64,000 nt of DNA from positions 6,688,001-6,752,000 of the forward strand of contig CAVTTN010000002.1 in assembly GCA_963737655.1 (NCBI GenBank), in the 5' to 3' direction. Of the stretch, positions 31,201-43,071 are shown in pieces (position 1 is the first letter of the stretch; each line of letters begins with the position of its first letter). Both the position numbers and the translations under genes were made by a program. Below the pieces are notes generated by a model that did not search any database, was not told where the DNA came from, and saw nothing but the letters and a program-made list of their open reading frames with translations. This stretch comes from an uncultured Planctomycetota bacterium (GTDB lineage: Bacteria > Planctomycetota > Planctomycetia > Isosphaerales > Isosphaeraceae).

Positions 31201-34200
31201 ATCCTGTTGCCCTGGATGATGTTCTTGTTCGCGTACAGGGTGATGCCGGTCCCGCCGGACTTGCCCTCGGAGATCACGTTGTCGAGGATGACCATCCCGC
31301 CCTGGGCCACGACGCCGCTGCCGGTGTCCCCGTCCAGGACCTTCGTGCCGGTGGGGTCGGTGCCGAACAGGTTGCCCTGGATCAGGCCGGCCGCGTCGGT
31401 CATCACGGCCGCGTTGAAGGCCCCGCTGATCAGGTTCCCCGACCCGGCCGCCGGACCTCCGATGGAGGCGTCCGGGGAGGCCGTGAGGCGGATGGCCATG
31501 TTCGACTGCCCGAGGCGGGCCGTCCCCGAGCGATCCGTCCCGTAGTAGCTCCCGAGGAACTGGGCGCCGGGGGAGTTCGAGCCCATCACCTCCTCGCCGA
31601 CGTCTGCATAAAGCCCGTTGTCGGACAACAAGTCGCGGTCCCCGGGGCCGGTCCCCCCGATGGTGACCCCGCTCACCCCGTCGAGGAAGACCCCGGCGGA
31701 GGTGTTGCCGTCGGCGGTGGTGCCGTCGGGATCGACCCCGAGGAAATCCCCAGCGACCTCGTCGTCGGCCGCCCCTTCGAGGTGGATCCCGTCGCGGAAG
31801 CCGGTGATCGAGAGCCCTCGGATCAGGCTGTCCCCCCCGGCGACTGCCAGGCCGTCGACCGTGCCCCCGAGGGAGGCCCCGCTCAGGTGGACCCGAAGGA
31901 CCGCGTCATCGCCGGTCGCCAGGTCGTTCGGCGAGGCGGAGGATTCCGTGTCGCCGTCGAGGACGACCGGCCAGGCGATGGCGGGCAGGGGCGAGGTCGG
32001 CACGATCGTGAACGGTCCGGGCCCCCCGGGGATGGAGAACGCGATCAGGTCGGGGGTCGGGCTCTCGGCCTGATTCAGGTCGAGGATCGCCTGGCGGAGC
32101 GACCCCGGGCCCGAGTCGTTCGTGTTGGTGACGGCGAACGTCGTGGCGTAGATCGTGATGGTCGACGTCGCCACGTTGGAGGTCTGCGATCCCAGGGTGT
32201 CCTCGTACGTGAACGAGTCGGTCCCGAGGAACTCGGGGCCCGGGGCGTAGGTGAATGAGCCGTCCGCGTTGAGCTGGAGGCGGCCGTGGAGCGGGCCGGA
32301 AACCAGCGACGCACGGAGCGGGCCGCCCCCGTGGACGTCGAGGTCGTTGCCCAGCACGCCTGGGGCCGCGACCGTGAGCGCCGTATCCACGTCGTCCTTG
32401 TAGGAGTCGTCGGCTGCGAACACGGGAGTCGTCGCCGCCCCGATCGGCAGGTCGTTGGAGAATTCGGAGGTGTCGAAGAGCGAGTTGGTGGCCGTGGCGC
32501 TGGCGAGGCCCGAAGCCGCCCCCGGGAGGACGGCGAGGAAGCTGGCGACTCCCGAGTCATCCGTCGTCACGGTCGTCTGGCCGAGATAGGTCCGGCCCTC
32601 GCCGTGACCTGAGGGATCGGCCGAGGGGCTCGAGAAGAACTGGATGGTGAAGGGGGCATCCGCGGCCGAGTCCAGCGCCCCTTCGATGTAGGTTTGCCCG
32701 TCGAAGGACGCGACGGCCCGGAGGACGGGATAGGGTTGGCCCGCGTTGGGCCCGTGCGAGGGCCCGTTGGGGGTCACGCCGTCGCCCCCGAGGTCGATGC
32801 CCAGGCCCGCGTTGTCGTGGATCGAGTCGAACAGGATCGAGACGCCGGTCGGATTCCCGTAGTTCGGGTCGGCGACCAGGGCGACGCCGGCCCCCCCGTT
32901 GTCGGCGATCACGTCGGCCGCCGCGGGCGATCCCCCGATCGAGTTGCCCGGGTTGGAGATCGTCAGGCCGTTGCCACCGTTGCCCAGGGCCGGGAACCCC
33001 GAGGCGTCGGTGCCGATGTAGTCGCCCTCGATCAGGTTCCGCCCGCTGCCGGACTGGCCCTCCATCAGGATGCCGGCCCTTCCGTTGCCCGCGATCACAT
33101 TAGCCGCCGCCGTGGTCCCCCCGATCGTGTTCAGGGCGCCAGAGAGGTTGATCCCGTCCTGGCCGTTGGGAAGGGGCCGGGTGCCGGAGTAGTCGGTTCC
33201 GATCTCGTTCCCCTGGACGACGTTGAAATCGGAGTCCGTCAGGTCGATCCCGTTGGCCGCATTGCCCGAGATCACGTTGCCGGCCCCGGGCGACGACCCG
33301 CCGATGGTGTTCGACGTCTCCTCGATCATGTAGATCCCGTTTGAGCCGTTTCCCAGGGCCTTCGTGCCGGTGGCGTCGGTGCCGATCTTGTTGCCCTGGA
33401 TGAGGTTGTATCCGGTGAGCTCCGAGGTGAATATGAGGCCATACCCTGAGTTCCCCGAGATGACGTTGCCCAGGCCCGGCGAGGTCCCCCCGATCGTGTT
33501 TCGGCCGTCTCCCGAGAAGATCCCCTCGCCGTTGGGGATGGCCTTCGTGCCGCTGACGTCGGTTCCGATCTCGTTGCCCTGGACGAGGATGCCCTCGCCC
33601 CGAAGGTCGATGCCCGAGCCCGCGTTGCCCGAGATGACGTTGCCCAGGACCTGCGATCCGTCGCTAACCACGACCCCCGAGCCGTTGCCGACGGCGATCG
33701 TCCCGGTCGGGTCGACCCCCACGAGGTTGTCCTGGACCAGCGCCGAGGAGTCGGTGGACACGCCATGCCCGTCAGACCCCGCCCCGCCCAGGACGTTGCC
33801 GGAACCGGCCGAGGGACCGCCGACGGTCGCCCCCGGCGACGACGAGAGCTGGAGGTCGGTGGCCGTATAGCCGAGCCGCGCCGCCCCGGAGCGATCCGTC
33901 CCGTAGTAGCTGCCCTGGAAGACGTCGTCGGGCGAGTTGTTCACGAGCACCCCGCCGCCGGCGTCGACGTACGGGCCGGTCCCCCGGCCGTTGTCGGCGA
34001 TCAGGAGCCGGTCCCCGGCCGACGCCCCTCCGATCGTGACGGCCGGGGCGCCGTCGATCAGGATGCCGACGCTGCCATTGCCGTCGGCGGTGGTGCCGTC
34101 GGGGTCCACGCCGAGGAAATCGCCGGAGATCGAGTCGCCGCCGGCCCCCTCCAGGTGGATCCCGTCGGTGAAGTCCGTGATCGCCAGCCCCCGGACCAGG

Positions 34201-34676
34201 CTGCTCCCTCCCGAGATCGCCAGGCCGTCGACCGACGCCCCGGCCTTCGCGCCGTCGAGGTGGATCGCGATCGTGGCGTTGTCGCCTTGCGCCAGCGTAT
34301 TCGGGCTCGAACCGGGCTGCGAATCGCCGTCGATGACGACGGGCCGGGTAATCGTCGGCAGGGCCGAGGCCGGCGAGATCGTCCACGTCCCGGCCTCCGC
34401 GTCGAAACCGGGGTCGGTGGCGGGGACCGCGAAGGCGATCGTGTCGGGAGTGGCGGATGTGTCGGTCGCGTCGGCGTTGACCCGGCCGATCGCCCAGCGG
34501 AGCGAGCCGGGGGCGTCGTCGTCGAAAGTGTCGAGGACCGTGAAGGTCGTGCTCAGGAGCGTCCGGATCTCGAGCACCTCGACCGGGGCGCGCGGGGTCG
34601 CGGCCGTCGGCCGACGTCTCCTCCTGCCCGCGCCACCCCGCCCGGCCCGCTTGGCCCCGAAGATCGGCAGGTCCAT
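28287..34676 (-). CDS. Giant extracellular protein (2129 aa): LEPRxLL-type leader, duplicated beta-helix blocks, cadherin/Ig-like, DUF11-like and Ig-like repeats
   Basis: [23 protein letters not shown] repeats; [12 protein letters not shown] and TSEF each twice; [19 protein letters not shown] Ig repeats. Confidence 0.9.
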   Translation of the reverse strand: MDLPIFGAKRAGRGGAGRRRRRPTAATPRAPVEVLEIRTLLSTTFTVLDTFDDDAPGSLRWAIGRVNADATDTSATPDTIAFAVPATDPGFDAEAGTWTISPASALPTITRPVVIDGDSQPGSSPNTLAQGDNATIAIHLDGAKAGASVDGLAISGGSSLVRGLAITDFTDGIHLEGAGGDSISGDFLGVDPDGTTADGNGSVGILIDGAPAVTIGGASAGDRLLIADNGRGTGPYVDAGGGVLVNNSPDDVFQGSYYGTDRSGAARLGYTATDLQLSSSPGATVGGPSAGSGNVLGGAGSDGHGVSTDSSALVQDNLVGVDPTGTIAVGNGSGVVVSDGSQVLGNVISGNAGSGIDLRGEGILVQGNEIGTDVSGTKAIPNGEGIFSGDGRNTIGGTSPGLGNVISGNSGYGLIFTSELTGYNLIQGNKIGTDATGTKALGNGSNGIYMIEETSNTIGGSSPGAGNVISGNAANGIDLTDSDFNVVQGNEIGTDYSGTRPLPNGQDGINLSGALNTIGGTTAAANVIAGNGRAGILMEGQSGSGRNLIEGDYIGTDASGFPALGNGGNGLTISNPGNSIGGSPAAADVIADNGGAGVALVADPNYGNPTGVSILFDSIHDNAGLGIDLGGDGVTPNGPSHGPNAGQPYPVLRAVASFDGQTYIEGALDSAADAPFTIQFFSSPSADPSGHGEGRTYLGQTTVTTDDSGVASFLAVLPGAASGLASATATNSLFDTSEFSNDLPIGAATTPVFAADDSYKDDVDTALTVAAPGVLGNDLDVHGGGPLRASLVSGPLHGRLQLNADGSFTYAPGPEFLGTDSFTYEDTLGSQTSNVATSTITIYATTFAVTNTNDSGPGSLRQAILDLNQAESPTPDLIAFSIPGGPGPFTIVPTSPLPAIAWPVVLDGDTESSASPNDLATGDDAVLRVHLSGASLGGTVDGLAVAGGDSLIRGLSITGFRDGIHLEGAADDEVAGDFLGVDPDGTTADGNTSAGVFLDGVSGVTIGGTGPGDRDLLSDNGLYADVGEEVMGSNSPGAQFLGSYYGTDRSGTARLGQSNMAIRLTASPDASIGGPAAGSGNLISGAFNAAVMTDAAGLIQGNLFGTDPTGTKVLDGDTGSGVVAQGGMVILDNVISEGKSGGTGITLYANKNIIQGNRIGTDIGGTKPLGNGGDGLRLEGAFDLIGGTAPGQGNVISANLMDGISMDAEGATDDVIQGNEIGTDVSGMIALGNGGSGIQDFFSSTNTIGGTVVGAGNIISGNLADGLLFHETGANLIEGNIIGLNRDQTAALGNADDGLDAVGGYDEAGNEDTIGGTVAGSGNVISGNGRNGLVLGDPSQYRPTLVQGNFLGTDSSGARAFGNAVDGILIQGEDSTSTYRGPGNQIGGSRDSANVIAYNGGAGVLVEPGPQDDNSILSNSIHDNAKLGIDLGGDGVTPNTPGGPHQGANDLQNYPVLIGAATSADSSTIFGTLNSAASAAFLVQFFADPLPDPSGFGQGRTYLGQISVMTDPDGDASFSFVAPGDLRGRFFTATATDPDGNTSEFARDVQKGTLLVADLSASAAPPSGTVAIGGTISDVFTITNRGPDPASGVVATDDLPPSLADASAAASMGDLSIVGGRLTVLVPDLPAGASFTVTVSGTATALGAVVDTLSAASPVADPDPTDDSATASTTVTAAPTTTSLAASPNPSSLGQAVTLTATVSGNSPRGGPSGSVAFSVDGQEVAAVPVVASADGLSASASFVLSGLGVGGHQISASYGGDADLAPSTSAAIAQEVARAATTTTLAASPEAPTVGQPVTITASVTGPASPGGAVTFSVDGSAVATVPLVEAPGGSSATASLTDPSLPAGPHTITAAYGGDSTSTPSASSASVDVGRAAASTAFSASPDPAEAGAPVTLSASVSGPVGPSGTVTFYDGLAPIATAPLGPGGRAAVVVSTLSPGSHTLSAIFGGDASLRAAASAPVVLLVAAPSTPPAIGSPAPEAPTVSGVARYGFHAEPTTLVVTFSEAVDPARATDPANYRITDPGGRPIGLASVKLASDGRTVLLTPRRLLDVHRAYRLTVVGTPPGGIAGPSGLPLAGSGAPGTDFSTAITRKTLVRLRPAIHGPARPAPGHLDAARARGKRKGR

Positions 34677-34940
34677 CGGCTCCGTCCCCCTCCCGTCGTC
34701 CCGACGTCGGCGATCCTTGCAGGGAGGGCCCCGGCCGGCTTCGTAGAATCTCCTATTTTGACATGTAAACCGCGTTCGTGCAACCGATCCCAGACGTGCG
34801 TACAGGTGCGACGGGCGGGGACGCCGCCGCGGTCGGCCGGGGCCATGCCCCGAGGGGTGGATCCGCGACGGGCCGGGGGGCCGGCCCCTCGACGGGTTCG
34901 GCTCTCGGGTCCGGGGCTCGTCCCCGGGCGTCCCCCCGGT

Positions 34941-35510
34941 TCATTTCGACCCCGCGGGGCCCCGTTTCCAGATTTCCATCAGCGACTCCGAGCCGCGGCT
35001 GGGGATGCCGTGCTCGGCCATCAGCGGCGACGTGGCCTCGTGGATCGCCCTGCGGCGGAAGACCATCGTCTCGGACGGCTCGCCGTGGAACCGGATCGTC
35101 AGGAACTCGCCCGAGCCGTCGCGGAGCACCTCGACCAGGTGCCGCAGGTTCCTCACGGGCACGCCGTCGACGTCCTTGACCACCCGGCCGAACGGGTCGG
35201 CGTAGCCCCGGGCGATCCGGTGCGGCAGGAGCGGCGAGGTCACCGCCACCAACTCCTCGCCCGGGGACGCGGCCCGGTTGCCCATCCTCGTCATCGGCGG
35301 GTTGCCGAGGGGCGAGGACGAGCCGCCCCGGACGTACAGGCCGACCGCCTCGGAGACCACCGGCGAGAACACCAGAGGGCCGAGGACGAAGTATTCGGGG
35401 CCCGGCCCTCCAGCGGCCGGATCAGGCGGTCGTCGTCCCGGGTCACGGGCACGGCCGAGTCCATCGGCTGCCCCTGACGGATCAGCCGGACCGGGAGGCG
35501 GCCTTCCCTT
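34941..35510 (-). pseudogene. C-terminal PDZ remnant of an HtrA/Deg-like serine protease
   Basis: RLIRQGQ..VPVTRDDDRLIRPLEG /frameshift/ PEYFVLGPLVF..VVKDVDGVPVRNLRHLVEVL; no protease domain or start. Confidence 0.6.
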
Positions 35511-35558
35511 CGGGCCATCATGGGCGCCTCGGGGCCGAGGGCGCGAGGGGGTCGGGGC

Positions 35559-36131
35559 ATGGCGAGCGAGGATCGGCCGCCAGCGGGGGCGGGGCCGCCG
35601 GAGCGGTATCGAGAGTTCCTCCGCATGGTCGCCGGCGCCCCGCTGCGGTCGCTCCCGCCCCTGGGCCTGGACCCCTCCGATGCCGCCCAGCGGGCCCTGC
35701 TCAAGGCCCACCAGAACCGCGAGCAATTCCGGGGGGCGAGCGATGCCGAGTACCTGGCCTGGCTCCGACGGGTCCTCGTCCACGACCTCCGCGACGCCGC
35801 CCGCCGCCACGCCCGCGAGGCCGGCGCCCTGGGCGTCGAGGCCGACCTCGAGCGGTCGGCCCTCCGGCTGGAGGACTGGATCGAGGCCGGCGACACCTCC
35901 CCCCCGGCCCGGGCCTCTCGCGCCGAGTCCCTCCTCCGCCTGGCCGGGGCCCTGGCCGGGCTGCCCGAAGACCAGCGCCGGGCCGTCGAGCTCCGCCACC
36001 TCGTCGGCCTGGCCGTCCCTCAGGTCGCCGCGAGGATGGAGCGGACCGTCCCGGCCGTCGCCGGGCTGCTCCGCCGAGGGCTGGAGGCGCTGCGGAGGGC
36101 GGTCCCCGACCTGCTCGACGGCCTCGCCTGA
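35559..36131 (+). CDS. ECF sigma factor, ECF-2 (paralog of ECF-1)
   Basis: LDPSDAAQRALLKAH..QFRG, LPEDQRRAVELRH..AVAGLLRRG. Confidence 0.85.
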   Translation: MASEDRPPAGAGPPERYREFLRMVAGAPLRSLPPLGLDPSDAAQRALLKAHQNREQFRGASDAEYLAWLRRVLVHDLRDAARRHAREAGALGVEADLERSALRLEDWIEAGDTSPPARASRAESLLRLAGALAGLPEDQRRAVELRHLVGLAVPQVAARMERTVPAVAGLLRRGLEALRRAVPDLLDGLA

Positions 36132-36158
36132 GCCGACGCATCCCCCCGAGACCCGGCC

Positions 36159-38921
36159 ATGAACCCCGAGGATTCCACCCGGGAACACGGAGGAGGCGAC
36201 CGGCTCGACTCGGCCCTGGCCGCCTACCACGAGGCGGAGGCCCGCGGCGAGGCGCCGGGCCTCGACACATTCCTCGCGTTGCGGTCCGACCTGGCCGACG
36301 GGCTCCGCGCCTACTTCGGCGTCGGGAGGAGGCTGGCGGAACTGGTCGGGGCGCCACGGGGCGACGGGCTGGACGACTTCGAGGTCTTGGGCGAGCTGGG
36401 CCGGGGCGGGATGGGCGTGGTGTTCGAGGCCCGTCAGAGGAGCCTGGGGCGGCCCGTGGCCCTGAAGATGATCCTGGGCTTGGCCGGCGGCGAGGAGGCC
36501 CGGCTGCTCCGCCGCGAGGCCGAGGCCGCCGCCCTGGACCACCCGGGGATCGTCCCGATCTACCTGGTCGGCGAGCACGACGGCCTCCCCTTCTTCGCCA
36601 TGAAGCTCATCCGGGGGGCCTCGCTCCGCGACCACCTGGGGCGGCTCCGCGCCGACCCCCGGGCGGCCTCCGCCACGCTGGCCGCCGTGGCCCGGGCCAT
36701 CCACCACGCCCACCGCAGGGGCGTCCTCCACCTCGACCTGAAGCCGGGCAACGTCCTGATCGACGAGGACGGCCGCCCGGTGGTCACCGACTTCGGCCTG
36801 GCCAAGAGCGCCGGGTCGGAGACCGGGCTGACGGCCCTGGGCAGCCCGGTCGGCACGGCCGAGTACATGAGCCCCGAGCAAGGCCGCCGGCCGTCGTGAC
36901 GCGGTGACCGTCGCGGCCGACGTCTACGGCCTGGGCGCCACTCGCTACGCCATCCTGACCGGCCGCCCCCCGCACCCGGGGGACTCGCTGGCCGAGACGC
37001 TGAGGAAGGTCCTGGAGGAGGAGCCGGCCCGGCCCCGGGCGATCGACTCGGGCGCCGACCGCGACCTGGAGGCGATCTGCCTGAAGTGCCTGGAGAGGGA
37101 CCCGAGGCGCCGCTACCCCTCGGCCGAGGCCCTGGCCGAGGACCTGGAGCGGAGGCGCGACGGCCTGCCGATCGCCGCGAGGACGCCGACGGCCTGGACC
37201 CACCTCGACCGCTGGCGACGGCGTCGCCCGGCGCTGGCGGCGATGCTGGCCCTGATCGTAGTCGGCACCCTGGCCTCCTTGGCCGTGGTCACCCGGCTCT
37301 GGCTCGACTCCGTCGCCGCACGGGCCGCGCTGGAGGAGGAGGCCTACGCCGACCGGATCGCCCTGGCCGACCGCGAGATCGCCGCCGGCCGGGTCGGCCG
37401 CGCAGAGGAGCTCCTGGAGGAATGCCCGGACAGGCTCCGGGGCTGGGAATGGCACCACCTGACCCGCCGGGGGGAGGCCCAGACTCTCCCGAGACAGGGC
37501 CCGCCGTCGATGATCGCCGTCCTGGCCTACAGCCCCGACGGCCGGTGGCTGGCCTCGGTCGGGGAGGACGGATGCCTGATCGTCCGCGACTCCCGGGCCG
37601 GCGCCGTGCGATTCTCGGCCCGCGACCCCGGCCTCGTCCCAGCCTCGAGCGTGGCCTATCGGGAGGATGGGCGGTCCCTCCTGGTGGGGACCTCCGGCGG
37701 AGACCTGATCGAGCGGGACGCGACGACCGGCGCCGAGACCTCGCGCCGGCCGCTCCACGTCCGCGCCATCCGCCGGATCGCCCCGAGCCCCGACGGCCTC
37801 CGGGTCGCGACCGCCGGGGACGATCGGACCGTCCGCATCCTGGACGCGACGAGCCTGCGGGAGCTGCTGAGCCTGGAGGGCGCCTCGCGGAGCATCCGGG
37901 CCGTGGCCTTCTCGCCCGACGGGCTCCGCCTGGCCTCCGGGGGGCTGGACGGCCAGGTGGTCCTCCGCGACGGAGCGCCCTGCCGGCGCCCATGGACCGG
38001 GAGCCGAGGGTCCTCCGGGGCCACGAGGGGACGGTCTCGGCCGTGGCCTTCGGGCCCGGGGGCACGCTGGCGACGGCCTCGGCCGACGGCACGGCGAGGA
38101 TCTGGGACGCGGCGACCGGGCGGGCCGTCCGCACGATCCGGCCGGGTTCCGGGGCGCTGACGGCCCTGGCCTTCTCCCCCGACGGCCGCCTGCTCGCCAC
38201 GGCCGGGAGGGACCGGAAGGTCAACGTCTAGGACCCGGGCACGGGCCGCCTGATCGTCCCCATAAGCCCCCACAACGGGGTCATCACCGCCCTGGCCTTC
38301 CGCCCCGACGGAGGGGCCCTGGCCGCCGCCGGCGACGACGGGTTCGTCCGCATCAAGGACGCCAGGACGTGGGAATCCCTGGCCGTCCAGGGCTCGGTCA
38401 GCCTCCCGGGGGGCCCCGGCGTCCCGATGACCTCGGTGGCCTTCCGGCCCGGGGGCCGAGACGTGGCGATGGGGCTGGCCATACCGGCGGTCCTCGTCGT
38501 CGATCCCGAGGACCGGAAGGCACGGGTCCGGACCGCGGCCACTCCGGCGGCGACGGTCCATTGCGTCGCCTACAGCCCCGACGGCCGCGTCCTGGCGGCG
38601 GGGGACTCGACCCACGGGGTCCGGCTCTGGGACGCCAGCACCCTCCGCTCCCTGAGGGTCCTGGCGGGCCACGAGGGGGACGTCCTGGCCCTGGCCTACA
38701 GCCCCGTCGGCCGGCGGATCGCCAGCGGGGGCTACGAGGGGTCGGTGCGGATCTGGGACGCCGAGGCCGGCCGGGAGCTCCACGTCCTGAGGGACGGCGT
38801 CGGCCCGATCGCCTCGGTCGCCTTCAGCCCCGACGGCCGCCGCCTGGCCGCCGCCCGGGGCGACCGCTCGGTCCTGCTCTGGGACCTCGACCGACTCCCC
38901 CCTCTGGCCTCGGCGAAATAG
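36159..38921 (+). pseudogene. Ser/Thr kinase with TM and WD40 repeats, disrupted
   Basis: GRGGMGVV, HLDLKPGN, TDFGLAK, GTAEYMSPEQ, LRGWEW, FSPDG repeats; frameshifts near 36880 and 37980 and an in-frame TAG at 38229 where Trp is expected. Confidence 0.8.
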
Positions 38922-39103
38922 CCCCGGCGGGCCGTCCGGAAAAAATCCCGAGAAAGCGCGGTCGGAAAACCCGCGCCGATCGTCGTCCAGTCCTGAGGGA
39001 GCGGACGAGCCCTCTCCCGAGACCCACGATCGAGGCGGCCGAAAGGCCCGCCAATGTCCCCGATAAGCCCCGACGAAGGACACCCGGGAGGAACCCCACC
39101 CGC

Positions 39104-42100
39104 ATCGACCGCCTCCTCAACCGATTTCGAAGGACCACTCCCCACCGCCGGAGGGCCACGGACCTCGCCCTCCGCCCCGCCGGGCCTGATCGATTGGAGT
39201 TGGAGAGGCGACGGCTCCTGGCCATGTACGTCGTGACCACAACGATCGATTTTGGCGGTGTCGACCCCTCCGGCAAGGATTTCAGCCTCAGAGATGCCAT
39301 CAGTTTCGCGAACGAATCCGGGGAACCGAGCACAGTCCTCTTCAATTTCACCGGAGACACAACCAGGATCGACGGCCTCCCCACGATCACCGTCGATAAT
39401 CCCCTGCAGGCCATCACCGTCCCTATCGCGATCGACGGGACCAGCGGGTACGGCTCGGCAATCCATCCCGGGGTCCAGCTCCGTGGGGTCCCGGGCGACG
39501 GGACTGGAGATGGGCTGTTGTTCAGCGGAAGCGGAGCGACTGGTTCGGTCGTCCGAGGCCTCGCGATCGGTGGATTTCAGGACAACGGGATTAGCCTGTT
39601 CGACGTAAGCGGTGTCTCGATCCAGACCTGCTACGTCGGTACGAACGGAACAGGCGAAGCGGCGAATGGCAACGGGATCGATGGCATCGCGTTGCTGAGG
39701 ACCAGCAACATCACCATCGGCGGCTTCGCCACGGGCACCGCCAACGTGATGTCGGGCAACGCGGGCGACGGCATCGGCCCGGTGTCCTCATCCCAGACGG
39801 CCGTTGTGGGCAACCGCATCGGCACGAACGCGGCCGGGTCCGCAGCCCTGGTCAACGCGAGCAACGGGGTGGAGGTCGATGCCCCTTCCCAGGGAACGAC
39901 CATCGGCGGCACCGCGCCGGGCTCGGGCAACGTGATCTCGGCCAACGGGGGCAACGGCGTCCGCCTCGACGGCGGCGCCTCGCCCACCGCCCTGAACGCC
40001 GTGATCGCCGGCAACATCATCGGGCTGGACGCCACCGCCACGAAACGGCTGGGCAACGCCTATCAAAACATCTGCGCCTACGACGCGACCGGCAACACCA
40101 TCGGCGGCACGGTCGCCGGGGAGACCAACGTCATCGGCGCCAGCGGCCAGGTCGGCCTATGGATCGACACAGGATCGACGGGCAATCTCGTCGCCGGCAA
40201 CCTGATCGGGACCAACTCGGCCGGGGCGTCGGGGCTGGGCAAGTCGTACCAGGGGATCTACGACAACGCGCCGAACAACACGATCGGGGCCGTGGCCGGG
40301 CCGGCCCAGGTGATCGTCGGCAGCGGCAACAACGGCGTGGCGATCAGCGCGGCGGCCCCGGGGGCGCTGGTCCAGGGGAACCTGATTGGCATCGGCCCGG
40401 GCGGGTCGGCGATCCCGAACTCTCAGGACGGCGTGCTGGTCCTCGGCCCCGGGGCCACGATCGGGGGGACCTCGGCGGCGGCCCGCAACGTGATCTCGGG
40501 AAACGGCCAGGCGGGGGTCTCGATCTCGGGGTCGGCCGCCTCCCGGGAACCTGGTCGAGGGCGATTACATCGGCACGGATTTGACCGGGCCTCGGCCATC
40601 GCCAATCAAAACAACGGCGTGGCCATCACGGGCGGAGCGTCGTCGAACACCATCGGGGGCAGCTCGGCCGCCGGCGCCGGGGACCTGATCTCCGGCAATG
40701 CGCCCACCCTGTCCTCTGGTGACGGCGTGTACATCAGCGACGCCGGGACGACCGGCAATCTCGTCCTTGGCAACACGATCGGCCTGAACGTCTCCGGGGC
40801 CGTCCTTGGGAACGGATATGGAGGGGTGGATCTGAGGCCCGGAGCCTCGGCCAACACCATCGGCGGGACCTCGCCCTCAACTCGGAACATTCTTTCGGGC
40901 AACGTGATCGGCGTGTTGATCGTCGGCTCGGCTTCGAACCTGGTCGAGGGCAACTCCATCGGGACCGATCCGGCGGGGAACTCGGCCCGGCCGAATAGTT
41001 TCGGGGTCCTGGTCAGCAACGGGGCGACGTCCAATACGATCGGAGGGAATGCGGCCCTTGGCGCGGGGAACGTGATCTCGGGCAATAGCCTGGATGGCGT
41101 CGAGATCCGCAATTCGGGGGCGAACGGGAACGTCCTCGTGGGCGACCTCATCGGCTTGAATGCGATGGGCAACGCCCTGGGCAATGGCCGGACGGGAGTT
41201 CAGATCTACAACAATTCCGGCAACACCGTCGGCGGGAGTTCACCGGCGCTCCGCAACGTCATCTCGAGTAATTCGGCCGACGCCGTGGATGTCTTCGGCC
41301 TCGGGGCCTTTTCGAATGTCATCCTGGGCAATGATATCGGCACCGATCCCACGGGCACGACGGCGCGGGCCAACGGGGGGGTTGGAGTCGCTCTCTTCTC
41401 CTCGGCCCACGGCAACACGATCGGCGGGGCGTTGCCCGGCTCGGGCAATGTGATCTCGGGCAACTCGGGGGCTGGCGTCTCGGTCCTGGGCAGCCAGGCC
41501 GTGGGGGACTCGATCCTCGGCGACCTGATCTTCGCGAATGGGACGATCGGCATCGACCTGGGAGGCGATGGGGCCACTCCCAATCATCCCGGGGGCGCAG
41601 TGTCCGGGCCGAACTCGCTCCAGAACCATCCCGTCCTGACCTCCGCCTATAGCACCCCGATGACGACCATCCTCGGGGGCACCCTGGATAGCCTTCCGAA
41701 CTCGTCGTTCCGCGTGGAAATGTTCGCCGGGCCTCCGGGCGGTGGGTCCTCGGTGTTCCTCGGGTTCGCGACGGTGGCGACCGGCGGCTCGGGCCATGGG
41801 TCGTTCTCGTTCCAGACGGCCTTTCGGGTCGATCCGGGTTGGGTCGTGACGGCCACGGCGACCGACTCCTCGGGCGATACCTCCGAGTTCTCGGCCCCTG
41901 CGACCGTCTCGCAGACGACCGACGTGACGTCGTCGGTGACGGTCGTCCGAGGGGGGTTCGTGATCACCAACCGCAAGCTCGGGACGTTCAGCCAGGAGGT
42001 CACGATCCGGAACACCTCCGGCCATGCTCTCCTGGGGCCGATCTCGCCGGTCCTCGATGGCCTGGCCAACGCCTCGCTCGTCAATTCGACGGGCGTGACG

Positions 42101-42265
42101 GGCCCGGCCAATCCGCCGGCCGGAAGCCCTTATCTCGACCTGGTCCCTCCCCTCGGCTCGCTAGCCGACGGGGGCAGCGTGACGGTTTATCTCGTGTTCT
42201 CCGACCCGACCTTCCGGACGATTTCTTACACTGCCAAGGTCCTCGCCGGAGGAGGCCCCCGGTGA
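39104..42265 (+). CDS. Large extracellular beta-helix protein with LEPRxLL-type leader and conserved C-terminal ~115-aa domain
   Basis: LELERRRLLA; GN.IGT/NVISGN repeats; [17 protein letters not shown]. Start uncertain (GGAGGA precedes ATC 39104; ATG 39054 is out of frame). Compensating indels at ~40543-40590. Confidence 0.8.
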   Translation: MDRLLNRFRRTTPHRRRATDLALRPAGPDRLELERRRLLAMYVVTTTIDFGGVDPSGKDFSLRDAISFANESGEPSTVLFNFTGDTTRIDGLPTITVDNPLQAITVPIAIDGTSGYGSAIHPGVQLRGVPGDGTGDGLLFSGSGATGSVVRGLAIGGFQDNGISLFDVSGVSIQTCYVGTNGTGEAANGNGIDGIALLRTSNITIGGFATGTANVMSGNAGDGIGPVSSSQTAVVGNRIGTNAAGSAALVNASNGVEVDAPSQGTTIGGTAPGSGNVISANGGNGVRLDGGASPTALNAVIAGNIIGLDATATKRLGNAYQNICAYDATGNTIGGTVAGETNVIGASGQVGLWIDTGSTGNLVAGNLIGTNSAGASGLGKSYQGIYDNAPNNTIGAVAGPAQVIVGSGNNGVAISAAAPGALVQGNLIGIGPGGSAIPNSQDGVLVLGPGATIGGTSAAARNVISGNGQAGVSISGSAASREPGRGRLHRHGFDRASAIANQNNGVAITGGASSNTIGGSSAAGAGDLISGNAPTLSSGDGVYISDAGTTGNLVLGNTIGLNVSGAVLGNGYGGVDLRPGASANTIGGTSPSTRNILSGNVIGVLIVGSASNLVEGNSIGTDPAGNSARPNSFGVLVSNGATSNTIGGNAALGAGNVISGNSLDGVEIRNSGANGNVLVGDLIGLNAMGNALGNGRTGVQIYNNSGNTVGGSSPALRNVISSNSADAVDVFGLGAFSNVILGNDIGTDPTGTTARANGGVGVALFSSAHGNTIGGALPGSGNVISGNSGAGVSVLGSQAVGDSILGDLIFANGTIGIDLGGDGATPNHPGGAVSGPNSLQNHPVLTSAYSTPMTTILGGTLDSLPNSSFRVEMFAGPPGGGSSVFLGFATVATGGSGHGSFSFQTAFRVDPGWVVTATATDSSGDTSEFSAPATVSQTTDVTSSVTVVRGGFVITNRKLGTFSQEVTIRNTSGHALLGPISPVLDGLANASLVNSTGVTGPANPPAGSPYLDLVPPLGSLADGGSVTVYLVFSDPTFRTISYTAKVLAGGGPR

Positions 42266-42291
42266 CGAACCCTGGCGCGGGAACCCCGACC

Positions 42292-43071
42292 ATGCGCCTC
42301 AAGACGACGATGCCCCCGGCCCTGATGCTCGGGCTGGCCCTCGCCCTCCCGCCGGCCCCCTCGCGGGCCGACTTCGTGTTCGACGTGACCTTGGACACAT
42401 CCCCCCTGAACGCCCCGGGCGCGGCCTTCGGCGGCGGCGGGCCGTACTCGATCGACTTCACCCTGACGGGCGCTGACCCGGCCCAGGCGAACTCGGTGCG
42501 GATCGCCGCGATCGATCTCGGCGGGGGCTCGGCGATGGGGCCGGCGTCGACGATCAACGGGGCGGCCGGGGACCTGACCTCGGGCGTGATCCTGGACGAC
42601 TCCGGGGGGTGGTTCTTCAACGACTTCAATCAGGTCTTCCTGCCCGGGGCTTCCCTGAGCTTCGAGGTCGCGACGACGGCAGACTTCGCCGGGGTCGCCC
42701 CCGACCTCCTGTCGTTCTCGATCCTCGACGCGGGAGGCGACCCGATCCCCACGGGCGACCCGACGGGCGGGGGCGCCCTCTTCTTCGTAACGCTGGACGG
42801 GCCGTCGCCGTCGCTAACGGATGCCTTCTCGGGCACGGACTCGTCGGGGACCCTGATGATCGGCCCGCCGAGCCTGACAAGGGCGGTCCCCGAGCCGTCG
42901 AGCGTGACCCTGCTCGTGCTCGGGGGCGCGGCCCTGCTCCGAGGGCGTCGCCGGCCCCGGCCTGCGGACGCCCTCGAGTCGCCGCCGACGCGACCCTGGA
43001 GGTCGTCTCATCGACGTCCAGGTAGGGATGCCCTCGGGCTTCGGGACGATTCGGGCGGACCTCCAGGATAA
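42292..43071 (+). CDS. PEP-CTERM protein (resembles NF038129 family), partner P1
   Basis: Signal peptide ending RA-D, FVFDVTLDT, FSILD, VPEPSS + hydrophobic + RGRRR. Tail runs on, so the native stop may be lost. Confidence 0.85.
   Translation: MRLKTTMPPALMLGLALALPPAPSRADFVFDVTLDTSPLNAPGAAFGGGGPYSIDFTLTGADPAQANSVRIAAIDLGGGSAMGPASTINGAAGDLTSGVILDDSGGWFFNDFNQVFLPGASLSFEVATTADFAGVAPDLLSFSILDAGGDPIPTGDPTGGGALFFVTLDGPSPSLTDAFSGTDSSGTLMIGPPSLTRAVPEPSSVTLLVLGGAALLRGRRRPRPADALESPPTRPWRSSHRRPGRDALGLRDDSGGPPG

Noticed and set aside
28164..32258. 1364-aa plus-strand ORF (also 51043-54321, 57196-60984, 8530-11232, 285-2273)
   Set aside because: Antisense or off-frame shadows of real high-GC genes; Arg/Gly/Pro-rich with no motifs.
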